Notes: generated from the letters alone by a model not told the origin. Positions 1 through 13,813 are shown, numbered from the stretch's first letter. The stretch is 64,000 nt of DNA from Candidatus Altimarinota bacterium (GCA_041694255.1 JASMTN010000021.1:231-64230), one strand, 5' to 3'. Numbers and translations are program-made.

Positions 1-1038
1 TACTGCTTTATATATAGTATTTACAAGGTTTTTATACTCTATATTTTCATTTAAAAGATACATATTATAGAATGCTCTTCTTATAAGTCTTCTTAGTACA
101 TAACCTCTTCATTCATTTGAAGGTATCACACCATCAGAAACTAAAAACAACCCTGCTCTTATATGATCAGTAATTATTCTAAATCTTCTAGTTACTTCTT
201 GTTCTTTTTCAGTAAGTTTTATTTCTTCTTTTTCATAAGGAGGATAAGAAAATCCAGTATATTTTTCTATAGCTTTTATAATTCATTCAAAAAGATCTGT
301 TTCAAATATAGTACTTTTATCTTGTAAGATCATAGCAAGTCTTTCAAGACCCATACCTGTATCTATATTTTGTTGAGAAAGAGGTTTGAAACTACCATCT
401 TGATTTTTATAATATTCCATGAAAACATTGTTCCAAATCTCAGTATATCTATCATTATCATCCATCAACCAATCATTTGGTCAAAAATCATCACCTCTAT
501 CATAATAAAACTCACAATCAGGACCACAAGGACCAACTTCACCTGCAGGGCCCCACCAATTTTCTTGCATAGCTCTTATCCTAGTATCAGGAATTCAAAG
601 TTCATTTAGTATTTGCCTACTTTCTTTATCTTCTTCCAATCATAAAGCTTCATCTCAAGCATATATAGTAGCTCATAATTTTTCTATAGGTATATTACAT
701 ACTTTTGTAAGATATTCTACAGACCAAGTTATAGACTCTTTTTTAAAATAATCTCATAAAGACCAATTTCACATCATCTCAAACATAGTAAGATGTCTTT
801 CATCCCCTATCTCATCTATATCTGGAGTTCTTATACATTTTTGTATATTAAAAAGTCTAGTTCCTTGTTCATGAGTTTTTCAGCTAAGGTAAGGCACAAG
901 TTGTTGCATTCAAGCTACTGTAAATAAACTTGTTGTATCTCATGTAGGTATCAAAGGAGCTGGATTAAGTTCTTTATGATTTTTTTCATTTTCTAACCAA
1001 AAGTTATTCCATCATTTTCTTATATCTTCAGACAGCAT
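1..1038 (-). CDS. alaS: alanyl-tRNA synthetase, N-terminal catalytic part (gene continues beyond window start)
   Basis: Code-25 translation from ATG (1038-1036) gives [14 protein letters not shown]... It contains AlaRS motifs [36 protein letters not shown] and [14 protein letters not shown]. Several in-frame TGA are read as Gly. Frame agrees with track ORF 283-468. Confidence 0.9.
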
Positions 1039-1128
1039 AAAAATAATTATAAAAAATAAATATAAGTTCTAGAATAACTTTAATTACTTATTTTTCAATA
1101 TTTTTTATATATTAAAGAATATTATAAA

Positions 1129-1542
1129 TCATAAAAAAACAACAATTGATAATATCATGCCTGAAAATATGTCTATATAAAAGTGTTTTTTTAAAACAAT
1201 CCTTGAATATGCTATAGAAAACCAAAATATTAGAAAAAATATAGAATAAACATGGTCTAAATAATAAATACTTAACAAAAACAACAAAAAAGTATTTGCA
1301 GAATGTAATGAAGGAAATGCAGATGCCCTAATTTTTGTTATAAAATTATAATAATTCATCTTTTTAGGTCTTTCTTTAAAAAAAAAGTATTTTAAAAAAA
1401 TACCTATAAAAGCCTGTATTAAAAGAACAGCAACAATATTAAAAATTATATTTTGATGAAATTCAATCATATAAAAAAATAATAATAATGGTATTATAAA
1501 TAAGATTTCTCAAAGTTTTGTATAAAATTTCCAGAAAATCAT
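1129..1542 (-). CDS. small PAP2-like membrane phosphatase (putative)
   Basis: Track ORF 1129-1470 extends through one TGA to ATG at 1542. Hydrophobic. The SAFPSLHSANTF stretch resembles the PAP2 SxPSGH motif. Confidence 0.45.
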
Positions 1543-1559
1543 GAGATAAAATTAATATA

Positions 1560-2021
1560 TTAAATCTTTTTTTTAAGTTCTTTATAAAAATCATAATATC
1601 TTCTAGGAGATATTACAATATCATGTGTTTGAAGCTTTATTAATATTCATCTTGAAGAAAATCAGTTTAAATATAATATTTTTTTATTGGGATTAAAGTT
1701 CATTCAAAACTTATAAGAAAAAGGGATTTTCGATATTTTTCAAATTTCTCTTATTTCATTAAAAGGAATCTCATATATTTTTTTCTTACTTGGTGTTTTG
1801 ATATATAAGCTATCTTCTTTTATCTCATATAAGTACTTAAAATATTTAATAATATAAAATAATAATATTCAAAGAAAAATCATAAAAAAAATTAAATTAT
1901 AATCATAATTATAATCAAAAAATGGAGCAAAAACTATAAAGTTTAAAACTCCCATAAAAGACAATCATACAATAAGTATAAATACTCTAAATCATAAACT
2001 GTTTTCTCATATTGATCTCAT
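1560..2021 (-). CDS. hypothetical membrane protein
   Basis: 153-codon code-25 ORF (MRSIGENSLGFRVFILIVGLSF...). N-terminal TM helices. Length is divisible by 3. Tightly packed next to neighbours. Confidence 0.4.
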
Positions 2022-2022
2022 T

Positions 2023-3309
2023 TTATTTATTTATCAAATTAATAAGTGTTTGCTTGGCAGTATCAAGTTGATTGTCAATATGATCTTTAGTATAAGAATC
2101 AGAATCAAACTCAACTTCCTTATCAGGTTTTATACCATTTCAAGGCTTTATACCATCAGACACATTCTTATCATCTGGAGTAAACCATTTTCAGATTGTA
2201 TATTTTAAACTACTACCATCTCTAAATTCTTCTAAAGTTTGTATAGTTCATTTTCAAAAAGTTTCTGTTCATACAAGTTTAGTATTGTTTTTATTATTTA
2301 CTTGGATTGCAGCAGTTATAATCTCTCATGCAGAAGCTGTATAAGCATCTATCAAAATTACTGTTGGGAAATTATGTAACTTGCCATCATCAGTTGCTTT
2401 AAGCACCCTATTATAAAAATCATCTTTATACTTTGTCTTCACAACAACATCATCTTTTTGAGACCACATAGATCATATCTTATAACCAACTTCAAGATAT
2501 CAGCCACCATTTCATCTAAGATCAAGTATAATTCATTTTGCACCATCAGATAGCAACTCATTAGATTGTTTCACAAATTGTGTATAAGTTTCTTCTCATA
2601 TTGATGATATACTTATATATCAAAGTTTTGCATTATCATATTCTAAAATATTTGATTCTACAGATTTTATTTCAACTTTATCTCTTGTAACTTCTATTTC
2701 CATTATCTTTCAATCTCTATTTATTGTAAGATTAACTTTTGTTCATTTTGGTCATTTAATTTCATTTACACCTTCTCACAAAGGAAGATTTGAAAGATTA
2801 GTACCATTTGCCTTAAGAATAACATCAAGAGGTTTTAAACCAGCCTTAAATGCTGGACCATCTTTTATAATTCTTTCTACCATAATACCCTCAGGCACTT
2901 TGGTAACTACTGCTCATATACCTTCAAAGTCTGAGCTTCATTTAAGCTCTTCATGTAAAGAAGTATTATCTTCAGAAGTTAAATAAACAGTAAAAGGATC
3001 TCAAATAGCTGAAACATAGGCCTGTATAGCCTTATCCCACATTTTATCTCAAGATATATAACTTGTATTTATATATTTTTTATCAAGAACCTCTTTTATA
3101 TTATTTATTTTTTCAAGTTTTGAATTATTATTAAGAGAGTTAGTTGTTGATCATATATTTTTTATAGACTCTCTTAATAAGTTTATCTTATCACTAACAG
3201 TAGATGAAAAATCAACATTAGATATTGTTTGGTTATTTGTTTGATTGTAAGAAAAAAATATTCACAAACTAACAAATATTCACAATAAAAAAGAAATAAT
3301 ATATTTCAT
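2023..3309 (-). CDS. S41 carboxy-terminal processing peptidase with PDZ domain
   Basis: 428-aa code-25 ORF. Signal/TM N-terminus, PDZ-like IIKDGPAFKAGLKPLDVILKANG, then ILDLRGNGGGY and the TASAGEI catalytic Ser region. Confidence 0.8.
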
Positions 3310-3377
3310 AATAATATGGATTAAAAATTAAATATAATAGTTACAAATATAATTTTATAACATATTTTTTGTAACTA

Positions 3378-4136
3378 TTAATTAATATCAACATTAACTT
3401 CATCTATATCTTCTTCATCTACCATAACTTCAGACAATGAAGCAATATATAGAAAATCATTTCACATTTCATAAAACTTATAGTATATTTTTTCAAATAA
3501 TGCTGATACAAATGGGATTACAGTAAATGCTAATATAGGAGGAAAAAATAAAATATTCTTTTCAGCAGATCAAGCTTGTTTGGAATATAAAGAATATATT
3601 ATAAAAAATCAAAGTATAGTTATAATAAAACCAAAACTATTACCTATAACATATACAGGTGAATAATTAGGATTTTTAACAACATCCATACTTATAAAAG
3701 ATATATATATAGCAAAAAATAAATGAAAACCATAAACAACAAAAAGATAGTCCATGCTTGATAAAATAGTTCATACATAAAAGTATAAAAATAAAAATGG
3801 TATAAATAAAAGTAAATTTACCGAAAGTATAGAAGAAGACATTACCTTCATGTCATAATAATCCTCATTCCATATAACATTATAAATTCATGATAAAACT
3901 ATAGATCATACAATAGAAGTTAATGAAGCTATAGCAATAAAAGAAAGCCATACAAGTGGAGAAAAACTTATGTTACTTGTAGAGTTCTTAACAGCCTGAT
4001 CTATACTTGATCAAAGTCATATAAACATAACAAAAACAAGTGCTGAAAAAACTAATCACACTATTATTCATATAACAACTTTTCAAATCAAAGATATTCA
4101 ACTAGGATTTGTAGGAACATTATTTTCAACTTGCAT
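3378..4136 (-). CDS. multi-pass membrane protein, unknown function
   Basis: 252-aa code-25 ORF with about 6 hydrophobic segments and an acidic C-terminus. Confidence 0.45.
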
Positions 4137-4142
4137 TTTTTA

Positions 4143-4679
4143 TTAATTAACTTTTAAATCTTTTATATTATCTAACATATTATTTAAGGCTTCTTTTGAC
4201 TGTGAAGTATAAGCTATTGTATATAATCTTTTTTTACTATCAAACAAATAAGCTTGCACACCATAGTAATCTGCATTTGAATCACTATCTGCAAATAGAT
4301 TATCAAATACCTCATAAGTAAAGTAATATATATTACCTTGTTTTTTTTTAAATTTTGCTTTTTCTAATATATTTGCACCTGGAATTTGTCTTTTAAACTT
4401 ATCAGAAACTATTGTAAAAAATTTTTCCTCATTATTTGGATATGAAGAACTATATTCAAATATAATTAAAGATTCTTTAGAGGAACCTGCATTCTTAACT
4501 TTATTATAAGACTCCAATACTTGATAATCTTTTATAGAAAAAGTTTGATCTACAGTAGTAAAATTATTAGATATATCAAAAGAAAAAGGTCAAAAACTTA
4601 TAAGCCTAGACTCTTCACTATCTCATGAACAGCCAATCAATGTAAACAATAAGGTCATGTATATAAAAAGTTTTTTCAT
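4143..4679 (-). CDS. putative lipoprotein
   Basis: Track ORF 4143-4517 extends through TGA to MKKLFIYMTLLFTLIGCS (a lipobox-like LIGC). Confidence 0.55.
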
Positions 4680-4978
4680 TATGCTCATATAATAAAATAA
4701 TAAACAGCTGAAAATATAACTCATATAACTCAACCTATTATAAATCACTGAATATATGATTTATCTTCATATTCTTCATTAGATTTAACAGATTTTATAT
4801 AACCTATTATATAACCTATTATAAGTCAAAGTAATATAAAGTAAAAAGGCAACATAAATGGACCTATAACATCAACAATACTTTCTGGCATAACTCACTT
4901 TATTCTAAGTTGAAAAAGAACTATAATTATAGTAAGTATAAAGAAAATAAGTTTTATAATATCAAAGTATGCTGCCAT
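4679..4978 (-). CDS. small membrane protein
   Basis: 99-aa hydrophobic code-25 ORF. Its stop overlaps the start of the downstream gene (TAATG). Confidence 0.4.
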
Positions 4979-5021
4979 AAAATACAATAGTTATAATATA
5001 AAAGTAATTAGTAAATATAAG

Positions 5022-5465
5022 TTAATAATTCAATACTTTTTTGATTTGATTTATAGTATATCATTTTCTAGTAAGTTTTTGTAATATATCAAGTTGATTA
5101 ATATCTTTTGCTTTATATTTTTCAATTTCTTTTCTTATTTGATTTCAAATTCATTCATTTATATCATCTATATTTTCTCATATAAGTTCTTTTACATCAT
5201 TCATGTTAACTCACTTTTCTGCTAAACGAGATTTAACATATATAATAGGCTTTCACTTCCTTATAAGATGTGAATCTATATAAGATTTTATAAACTCCCT
5301 ATCATTAAGGTAATTTTTTTCTTTTAGATAGGTTATTGCTCTTTCTATATGATGTTCTGTATAACCCTTTTTTCTAAGTTGTATTAAAAGCTCTTTTTCT
5401 GTTTTGGGATACCTAAATATATAATTTAATGCATAATCTATAATATCCTTTTTTTGATTTCACAT
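5022..5465 (-). CDS. recX: RecX-like regulatory protein
   Basis: 147-aa ORF with repeated helical modules (ELLIQLRKKGYTEHHIERAITYLKEKNYLNDREF..., ILQKLTRKGYTINQIKKVL) typical of RecX. Confidence 0.55.
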
Positions 5466-5482
5466 AAAATATATCTTTAATA

Positions 5483-6049
5483 CTAAAGTTGACTCATAAG
5501 GTTATCCAATTTACTTTTCTTTTCTCTTTCTTCATCTTTTTTGAGTTTTTTAACTTGTATATTATCAAGAACAAGCTGCCATTTATCTAAGTTTGAAGTT
5601 CTTTGAGTAAGGACAATATCTTTTTCTTTTTCATCTTCATGAGCAAGTATCTCAAGATTCATTTGTTCTTCTATATATATCTCATACATTCTAGCTATCT
5701 GAAAGCCCCATAATTCATGAAGTTTTTTAGCTATATGTTTATCACCAGCTGACACATTGATAACAAGCTCAAGCTTTCAACTATCCTCATTATTATCAAG
5801 TGCATAACCACTAGAAAAAGAAGATATTACAAGACGAATCAAAAGATCCCAGTTAAATTCTTCATCTATATACTCTGGATAAAGTAAATCTAAGTCACCA
5901 ACATTAAATTTTGAAAGATAATCTTTATATATTATAGTATCCTCAAAAGCTTCTGGAAGTGGTTCCACAAGTTTTTCATATTTTTCAACTATATCTTTTT
6001 TTTCATCATTATCCCTCAAGTTGTCTATAAATTCTTTAAAATCAAACAT
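5483..6049 (-). CDS. hypothetical acidic protein
   Basis: Track ORFs 5777-6049 and 5483-5755 are one frame joined by an in-frame TGA at 5774-5776 (...NNEDS-G-KLELVINVSAGDKH...). Confidence 0.5.
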
Positions 6050-6069
6050 TATTGAATATAATAAATAAA

Positions 6070-6534
6070 TTATTTCTTCATTTTAGATTTAAGATCAGAT
6101 ATTTTTTCTTTAACAATATCTAATTTTTCCTCAAGTTTATATCTTTCATTTAAACCTACTGCCTCATCTTCAAGTTTTTCTCTAAACTCATTTGCTTTGA
6201 TATACATATCATTCAAAGTTGGTTTAAGCTTTTCCTCACTATAATCATTAATATTTTCTTTTATATTATCTATTTTAAGATTAATATCATTTATTTTATA
6301 CTCTAAGTTTAATTTTAAATCATTATATCTTGCATTATAATCTACAGATGAAGCTTCAGTAAAAAACTTTTTATTCACATCAAGTAAATTATTAAATACA
6401 ACTCTAACCTTATCAAAACCTTTAGAACTATTTAGTTTTACCCTAAAATCATTACTTTTATAGTAAGAGCCTATTGTTTCACCTATAGCTATGGCAGCTA
6501 CTGTTATTTTAACCATATTACACATTTTCTTCAT
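6070..6534 (-). CDS. membrane-anchored coiled-coil protein
   Basis: Uninterrupted 154-aa ORF in the track. N-terminal TM helix, remainder K/E-rich helical. Confidence 0.5.
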   Translation of the reverse strand: MKKMCNMVKITVAAIAIGETIGSYYKSNDFRVKLNSSKGFDKVRVVFNNLLDVNKKFFTEASSVDYNARYNDLKLNLEYKINDINLKIDNIKENINDYSEEKLKPTLNDMYIKANEFREKLEDEAVGLNERYKLEEKLDIVKEKISDLKSKMKK

Positions 6535-6556
6535 GATTATATTTTATTATATAAAT

Positions 6557-7111
6557 TTACATTTTCATTATATGCTGTTCTTTTTGCTTAGCAACATACT
6601 CAAGATCCTTATTTATTGCTTTTATGGCATCATCTATTTCTCATTCATATTGCTTTTTCTCATCCTCTGATATGTTTTTTTCATCAAGGCTATTTTTTAC
6701 ATCTTTTAAAAAAGTATGTCTTATATTTCTAACACTTATTTTTGCTTCTTCAAGTTCTTTTTTTACTTTTTTTACTATATCTTTTCTTCTTTCTTCAGTC
6801 ATAGGGGGTACCTTTACCATAATCCACTCTCATTGATTTAAAGGTGTAAGACCTATCTCAGCATCATATATTCATTTTTCTATATGAGATAATACTGATT
6901 TATCCCAAGATTCTATTTTAATAGTTTGAGGATCAAGCAAAGAAACATTTCAAAGTCACTGAATTTTTTGTGTTTGCCCCCAAGATGGTATATAAACATC
7001 TATATCCTCTATAGATCAAGTTGAAGCTTTTCAAGCTTGTATTTTACTTAAAACTGTTTCAAAATATTCTCTCACTTTTTGTAATTCTTTTTCCAATCTT
7101 TTACTGTCCAT
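6557..7111 (-). CDS. frr: ribosome recycling factor
   Basis: 184-aa code-25 ORF. Contains ...[36 protein letters not shown]...[28 protein letters not shown]..., matching the RRF pattern. Confidence 0.85.
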
Positions 7112-7274
7112 ATATTTTTTACAATAAATAAAATATACTAAACTATAAAAATATTATTCAAGTTTTCAATGGATTTTTTGAGTTTTAAGATAAATTTTAA
7201 AATAAGTTTTTTCTTGTATTATCTGGAATTTTTAATATATATAAAATAAGTTTAAAATGTGAATATATTAAAAA

Positions 7275-7832
7275 ATGAATATAATCAATTTAATAAAAAA
7301 ATATCGAACATTTTTTTCTCTAGTATGATTTGTTTTATTTTGGGTGTTTTTATTTAACCAATATAGTCCTCAAGAAATTGTAAGTTATATATGATTAGAA
7401 AATGCTTACCTAGTAGTTTTTCTTGTATGAGCATTTTGATGAATATCCACATTAACAGTCACACATTTTTATACAACTATTATAACTTTAACAATATGAT
7501 GAGCAAACCCTTTTTTAATTTGAATATTTGCATGAACTTGAGCTAGCATATGAGATAGTATATTCTATTATCTTTGAAAAAAATGAAAAAAATTAACTAC
7601 TAGCTTTCAAAATAAAATAAAACCAATTTCAGATTGGATTCAAAAACAACCTAAAAAATTAATTCAATTTTTTATTTTTCTATATGCTTGATTTATTCCA
7701 TTTCCAAAAGATTTTTTAATGCTTGCATTAGCATTTTCATGATTTTCATATAAAAAGATAATAATCCCTCTTTTGATTTGAAATATTATTAATTTAAGTA
7801 TATTAGCTTATATAAGTTGAAAATTTTTATAG
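7275..7832 (+). CDS. DedA/VTT-like membrane protein (putative)
   Basis: 185-aa hydrophobic code-25 ORF with a GASIGDSIFYYLGKKG segment. Confidence 0.45.
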
Positions 7833-7916
7833 ATAATTTATACTACAATATTAATTGATTTTTAACTATATTTTTTTACTATACAGGCTAGATTTATAAT
7901 TTTATAATTTTTTTAT

Positions 7917-8270
7917 ATGTACTTTAACATTTGGAGTAGTGAAAACTATATTTTAAAATGATTCTTTTTACTGTTACTTCTTGTTTTGATAATTTTTATA
8001 ATTATTAAAATATGCATTAAAGCATATAGAAAATACAAGATAACATATCAAAAAAAACAAGATAAAGTATATATTAAAGATATTATAAGATCAGATGATG
8101 ATGAAAAGGTTAAATTTGATAAAATTAAAAACATACTATGATTAAAAAGCTCTTATGATATACAAAAGCTAATATGAGTAAAAAACAAAGAAATACTTGA
8201 TTTAATACATGAAAAAAAATATAGTACCATAAACAATATGATTTATAATAAAATAATCAACAATGAATAA
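7917..8270 (+). CDS. hypothetical single-TM protein
   Basis: 117-aa code-25 ORF. Overlaps the next gene's start by 8 nt. Confidence 0.35.
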
Positions 8271-9651
8271 AAATAATCAAACTAAATTATTTATAATATT
8301 ATCACTAATTTCTGTTTTTGTAATTGTAAAACTTATGTGATGAACAAATTTTATTGCAACATTTTTAACTTTATCACTACCATTGCTTTTTATACTTTGA
8401 AAGTCAGCCTGAAAACTTAGAGTATTTGCCATAATAAGCTGAATTTTACTTATATGAGTAGATTTTTTTTTAATGTTGCTTCTTATAGTACCTACAAGCT
8501 CTTATGATATTGAAACTAAAAACCATTACCAACAAAAAGAAAATTATATGAAAATATATAAAAAAGATGAAGAAAGTAAACTTAGATGAATGGCTATGAT
8601 GATTAAAAAAGAAAATAAAGATCGAACTAAAATTTCAATAGCAGATTATAAAGAATGAGAAAAAATAGACCTTGAAGAAAATGATAAGATATACTTTGTA
8701 TGAAGAAAATCTTATAAAACTTATGCTGTTATATATCTTTGGGATGATAGTATACTTAGAATAACACCTTGAACAAAACTTAGTCTAACAAAAATTACAA
8801 AAGATCTTAATAAAATGTCAGAAAATCAAACACATATAAAACTTGAACAGTGAAATGTATGGTTCCGTGTTTTGAAGATGGTAAAAGATTCTAGTAATAT
8901 GAATATAGAAACATGAAAGTGACAAACACTTATTATAAGGTGAACTGCATGACTTGTAAGTAAAGGTCAAAATGAAACTCAAGCTATATGATATAAACAT
9001 TTTATAGAAGTTAAAAATAATGATACTTCTAAGATAATAAAAGCTTGAGAATGAGCAATTATAAAACAAGATAGCATAGATATAAAAAAAGACATACAAG
9101 ACATGTTAGGTAATATTTCATTTGACACTTCATTAATAGAAGAATTCAAAATTAAAGACCAAGAATATATTGCAAATATGAAAGAAAATTTAATGAACTA
9201 TATAGAAGAACAAGTTTGAGCTATAAAATGATTTGAAAGTTATAATAAGCTTAAAAAGTGGAAAGTAAAAGTATTTTCTATATGAGATGAAAACTATAAA
9301 GAATATGCCAAAAACCTTATAAATTATGAATATTTAGTTTGAAAAAGTGAAAAATTTACCTCAAAACTTTCTAAAAATGAAAATTTAATTTTTTTAGCAT
9401 CACAACTTGAAAAACAAAAAGTAAAAACTGCCTATTTATATGATAATGTTAAGAGAAACATTCAAGACTCTGATATTTATAAAACTTATGTAATCAACCT
9501 TTGAATAGAATGAAAAATAAAGGATGTTAATAAAAGTTTAAAAGAAGATGTTCAAACTATGATAGAAAGGTATTGAAATGATAATAAAAAATTATTTGAA
9601 GATATAGATTATTGAATAGATAGCTTAATAAATAAATATTTAAATTTTTAG
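8263..9651 (+). CDS. membrane-anchored hypothetical protein
   Basis: 462-aa code-25 ORF with many TGA. N-terminal TM helices then a soluble K/E-rich region. Length is divisible by 3. Confidence 0.45.
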
Positions 9652-9658
9652 AAAAAAT

Positions 9659-10636
9659 ATGAAAGTAGAAAATGCTAATATAGAAAAAAAGAAAGTTGAA
9701 AAAGTTGTTAAAAAAGAAAATTCTATAAGACCAGAAGATTTTGATGATTTTATATGACAGGAAAATATTAAAAATATACTTAAAAGCTGAATTATAAGTT
9801 CTATTAAAAGAAATGATAGTTTAGGTCATGTACTTTTTTCTGGTGATAGCTGATTTTGAAAAACTACTCTATCAAAGATAATAGCAGGCAACCTTGGTAA
9901 AAATATAAAAATCATAACTGCCTATGCTATGGAAAAACCATCAGATATGATAAGTGTTTTAAATCAGCTTGAAGAAGGGGATATACTTTTTATAGATGAG
10001 GTTCATAGACTTAAACCAAAGATAGAGGAGATATTATATATAGCTATGGAAGATTTTCGTGTAGATATAGTTTTACAAGATGAAACTACTTCTATCCCTG
10101 TAAATAAGTTTACTCTAGTTTGAGCAACAAACAAGTTAGAAAGTTTATCAGATGCTTTTAAAAATAGATTTGTATATAAGTTTCACCTTAAGCCATATGA
10201 AGAAAAAGAAAAAGAAAAAATACTAGATAAATATTTGAAAGAATTTAATATAAATTGTAAAAAAGAGATTGTAAAAGAACTTAGCTCAAAAAGTCTACCA
10301 GTTCCAAGAGAGATTAAAAATCTTGCAATTAGAATAAGAGATTACCTTATAGCATCAGGTTTTAAAGAAAATAATATACATATAGACAAAGATATATATA
10401 AAGAATTACTCAAAAATTTAAAATTATGAGAATATTGACTAAGTGATTTACAAAAAGAATATATTAAAATACTTGAAACCAAAGAAATATTATGAGTTTG
10501 AACAATATCAAGTATGTTAAATATAGCTGAAAAAGTCATAGAAAAAGATATAGAACCTGTTTTAATCAACTTATGAATCATAGAAAAGACAAAAAAATGA
10601 AGAAAACTATTAAAACAAATTGACAATTTAAATTAA
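9659..10636 (+). CDS. ruvB: Holliday junction DNA helicase RuvB
   Basis: Contains RPEDFDDFIGQENIK, Walker A SGDSGFGKTTL, Walker B ILFIDEVHRL and FTLVGATN. Frame agrees with track ORFs 9929-10123 and 10235-10429. Confidence 0.9.
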
Positions 10637-10677
10637 AAATATAATATAAAATAAATTTAGGTTATAAATATACAAAA

Positions 10678-10899
10678 ATGGATTTGATTTTAACAATTTC
10701 AATAAATATCATTATAATATGATGAGCATTTATAATTATACTTTGAGTTGTAGCTTTATTTGTGCTTATAAGTATATTATCAAAGATAAACCATATGGTA
10801 AAAGATGCAAATGAAAAGTATGAATTTGTTGTATGAACACTTTTCAAGCCTCTTAATACATTAATGTACTTTATCAATAAAATCAAAAAAAATGGATAA
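10678..10899 (+). CDS. small membrane protein
   Basis: 73-aa code-25 ORF with one TM. Overlaps the next gene's start. Confidence 0.3.
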
Positions 10900-11398
10900 A
10901 ATCCAAGAAATGCTTATAAAAATGTTAAAAAAAAATAAATTCTTTGAAGATTTAGATAACGATCGTTTAGCAGAATTTGCAAATCTTTTTAAATTGGAAA
11001 TGGCTTGAGAAAATCAAGCTATAATCATAGAAGGACATAATGTAGAAAATATTTATATACTTAAAAAATGAATTTTACAAGCAAAAAAGGCAGATGGATT
11101 ACAATCTATTGTTCTTTGAGAATTGCAAGAATGAGATGTTTTTTGAGAGATGAGTTTTTTCAATAAAAAACCTGCAATGGCTTCTGTTGTATGTACAAGT
11201 CCTTCAGCAGATTTTTGGAAGATATCAAGAAAAGATTTTGAAAGATTCTTAGAAAAAAACCCTGAAGTTAAAACAAAGATATGAGAAGTATTAACAAAGA
11301 GAGAAGAATCAAATAAAAAGAAACTTTGATGAAAAGTATTCTATAATTCAAACAAGGAATATGATGATAATCTTGATGATATACAGATAAATTTATAA
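10892..11398 (+). CDS. cyclic-nucleotide-binding domain protein
   Basis: 168-aa ORF with a cNMP-binding signature: GELQEGDVFGEMSFFNKKPAMASVV. Confidence 0.65.
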
Positions 11399-11405
11399 TT
11401 TAATT

Positions 11406-11440
11406 AACTGTCTTGTAAATAAAATAAGACAGTTTTTTTT
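11406..11440 (+). terminator. intrinsic terminator between convergent genes
   Basis: 9-bp stem AACTGTCTT/AAGACAGTT followed by T8. Confidence 0.7.
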
Positions 11441-11444
11441 ATTA

Positions 11445-13487
11445 CTACCCCATCAACTTAGAATAGTTAATTTTTTTATCTACAAGTTTTTTAAGTTTTG
11501 TTTCTTTTTCAAGTATATTATGTTTAAGTATGTGCTTTGCTTCTGCCCTTGTACTTTCAAGTAGATGTATATCTTTTAGTGCTTCTTCTGGTAAGTCCAT
11601 ATCTCAAGATTGTTGAGTACCAAGTATAGTACCTGCTCATCTTAAATTTAAGTCTATTTCTGCAAGTTTAAAACCGTCAGAATATTTTTCCATATACTTT
11701 AATCTTCTGTATGATTCTCAAGATTTACTTTTTGTAGCAAGAAAACAGTAAGATTGCAAACTTCATCTTCCTACTCTTCATCTTAACTGATGCAACGAAG
11801 ATAAACCAAATCTTTCAGAATTTTTAATGATCATAATAGTTGCATTTGGAACATCAACTCAAACTTCTATAACTGTTGTTGATACAAGTATCTTTGTCTT
11901 TCAAGATTGAAAATCTCACATAACTTTTGCTTTCTCATCTGCTTTCAATCTACCATGCATAAGTCCTATCTTATCTTTCAATTCAGGGAACATTTCTACA
12001 ACTTTTTCATATTCTTGAAAAGCAGAATTTACATCTTCCAACTTCTCAGACTCTTCTATAAGTGGAGAAACTACATACACTTGCTGGTCTTGCCTTATCT
12101 TATTTATCAAAAATTGTTTAAGTTTTATATATTCATCTTCTGATATAACTTTTGTATGAATTTCTTGTCTTCAAGGTGGAAGCTCATCTATAATAGTATT
12201 TTCAAACTCTCAAAAATAAGAAAGTGCAAGTGATCTTGGTATAGGTGTAGCAGTCATTTGCAACATATGAGGATGTCATTGACTTGAAAGTTTTACTCTT
12301 TGTTTTACTCAAAATTTATGTTGTTCATCAACAATTACAAGTCATAGATTTTTAAATTCTACATCATCTTGTATAATCGCATGAGTTCAAACTACAAAAT
12401 CCAAATTACCCTCTCTTAAATCTTGTTTGATCTGGTCTTTCTCACTTTTTTTAGTAGATCATGTTAAAAGAGCCATCTTATATCATAAAGGAAGTAAGAA
12501 CTTTGAAATGCCTGCTATATGCTGTTTAGCAAGGACTTCTGTTGGAGCAAGAAAAGCTATCTGTTTATTATTTTGTTTCATAAGATAGAAAGCTACTGTA
12601 GTTGCTACAACTGTTTTTCAACTTCATACATCTCATTGTAAAAGTCTCATCATAGTACTTCAACTATGCATATCATCTATTATAGTTTTGATTGCTTTTT
12701 TCTGTGCTTTTGTCAGTTCAAAAGGTATATAAGTTAAAAATTCTTTTATAATATCCCGTTGTGGTTGTGTTGCTTGTCATTTTTTTTCATCTACAGCATT
12801 GATATTTGTAATAAGTTGCCATATAAGAAGTTGTTCAAAATTGAACCTATATTTTGCTTGTTTCAAAGCTTCCATGTTATCAGGAAAATGTATATTTTTT
12901 AAAGCCTGTTTTATTCACAAAAGATTATATTTTTCTATCAAGTAAGAAGGCAAAAATTCTTTATACAAATTATCTATATCATCTATTTTATCAGATATTT
13001 TTTTTTGAAACCAAGATCATTTTATTCATGAAAGATCAGAATATATAGGAACTATCTTTCAAACCAAATTTACATTTACAAGGTCATCATCAAAATTATC
13101 TGAAAGTATCTCAGGAAACCAAAAAGTATATTTACCATAAGAAAATTTAGGTTTTCATGAAAGTAATATAGTATTTCATTTTTTTAAAGTTCTAAGAAGA
13201 TATGTTGCATTCATAAAACTTGCATAAGCAATATTTTGATCTTTATCTTGAAGTTGAAACTCCATTATCTTTTTTCATCTTGGTGTTTTGATAAAATTTG
13301 TATCTACTATCTTTGCTTTTACTACTGCCTTCACTCATTCTTGAAGCTCTCATATGCTTTTGATACTTGTTCTATCTTCATAGTCTTTTGGAAAATAATA
13401 GAAAAAATCCTTAGGTTTTTCAATCCCCTTTTCTTTAAGAGTATTTATATATTTTGCTGATGTTCTTAATCGAGACCTTAATTCCAT
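11445..13487 (-). CDS. recG: ATP-dependent DNA helicase RecG
   Basis: 680-aa code-25 ORF. Contains LQGDVGSGKT, VIVDEQHKFG, MTATPIPRS, HGRLKADEK and QLRGRVGRG. Frame agrees with track ORF 11916-12110. Confidence 0.9.
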
Positions 13488-13513
13488 AAGAGATTTTATA
13501 GTAGAGTAAATTA

Positions 13514-13549
13514 TACCCTAAACTTACTTATTTAATAACTTTTTTCAAA
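13514..13549 (-). repeat. 36-bp perfect direct repeat, copy A (contains the promoter-like element upstream of recG)
   Basis: Identical to 17090-17125. On the minus strand it reads TTTGAAAAAAGTTATTAAATAAGTAAGTTTAGGGTA (TTGAAA-N16-TAAGTT). A TATAAT lies just downstream at 13510-13515. Confidence 0.85.
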
Positions 13550-13591
13550 GGAAAAATTTTTTATAATTTTTTAAAAACAAATGATTATAAA

Positions 13592-13813
13592 TTATTTTAT
13601 ATAAAAATATTCAGTTTCATTATTTTCTAATTCATAACAATAAACCTTATTAAAAGATGTTTCTAAAATCCAATTATTATCTTCTTTTAAATTATCAAAA
13701 GCTTGTTTTGGATTATTTCATTTACTTATTCATATAACTTGAGTATTTTCTATATCTTTTCAATCTGGCTGTTGTGTAAATCATTCATCAGTTAAAAATA
13801 TATATTTTTTCAT
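13592..13813 (-). CDS. small hypothetical protein, last gene of R-M cassette 1
   Basis: 73-aa code-25 ORF. Its start overlaps the methylase stop (TAATG). Confidence 0.35.
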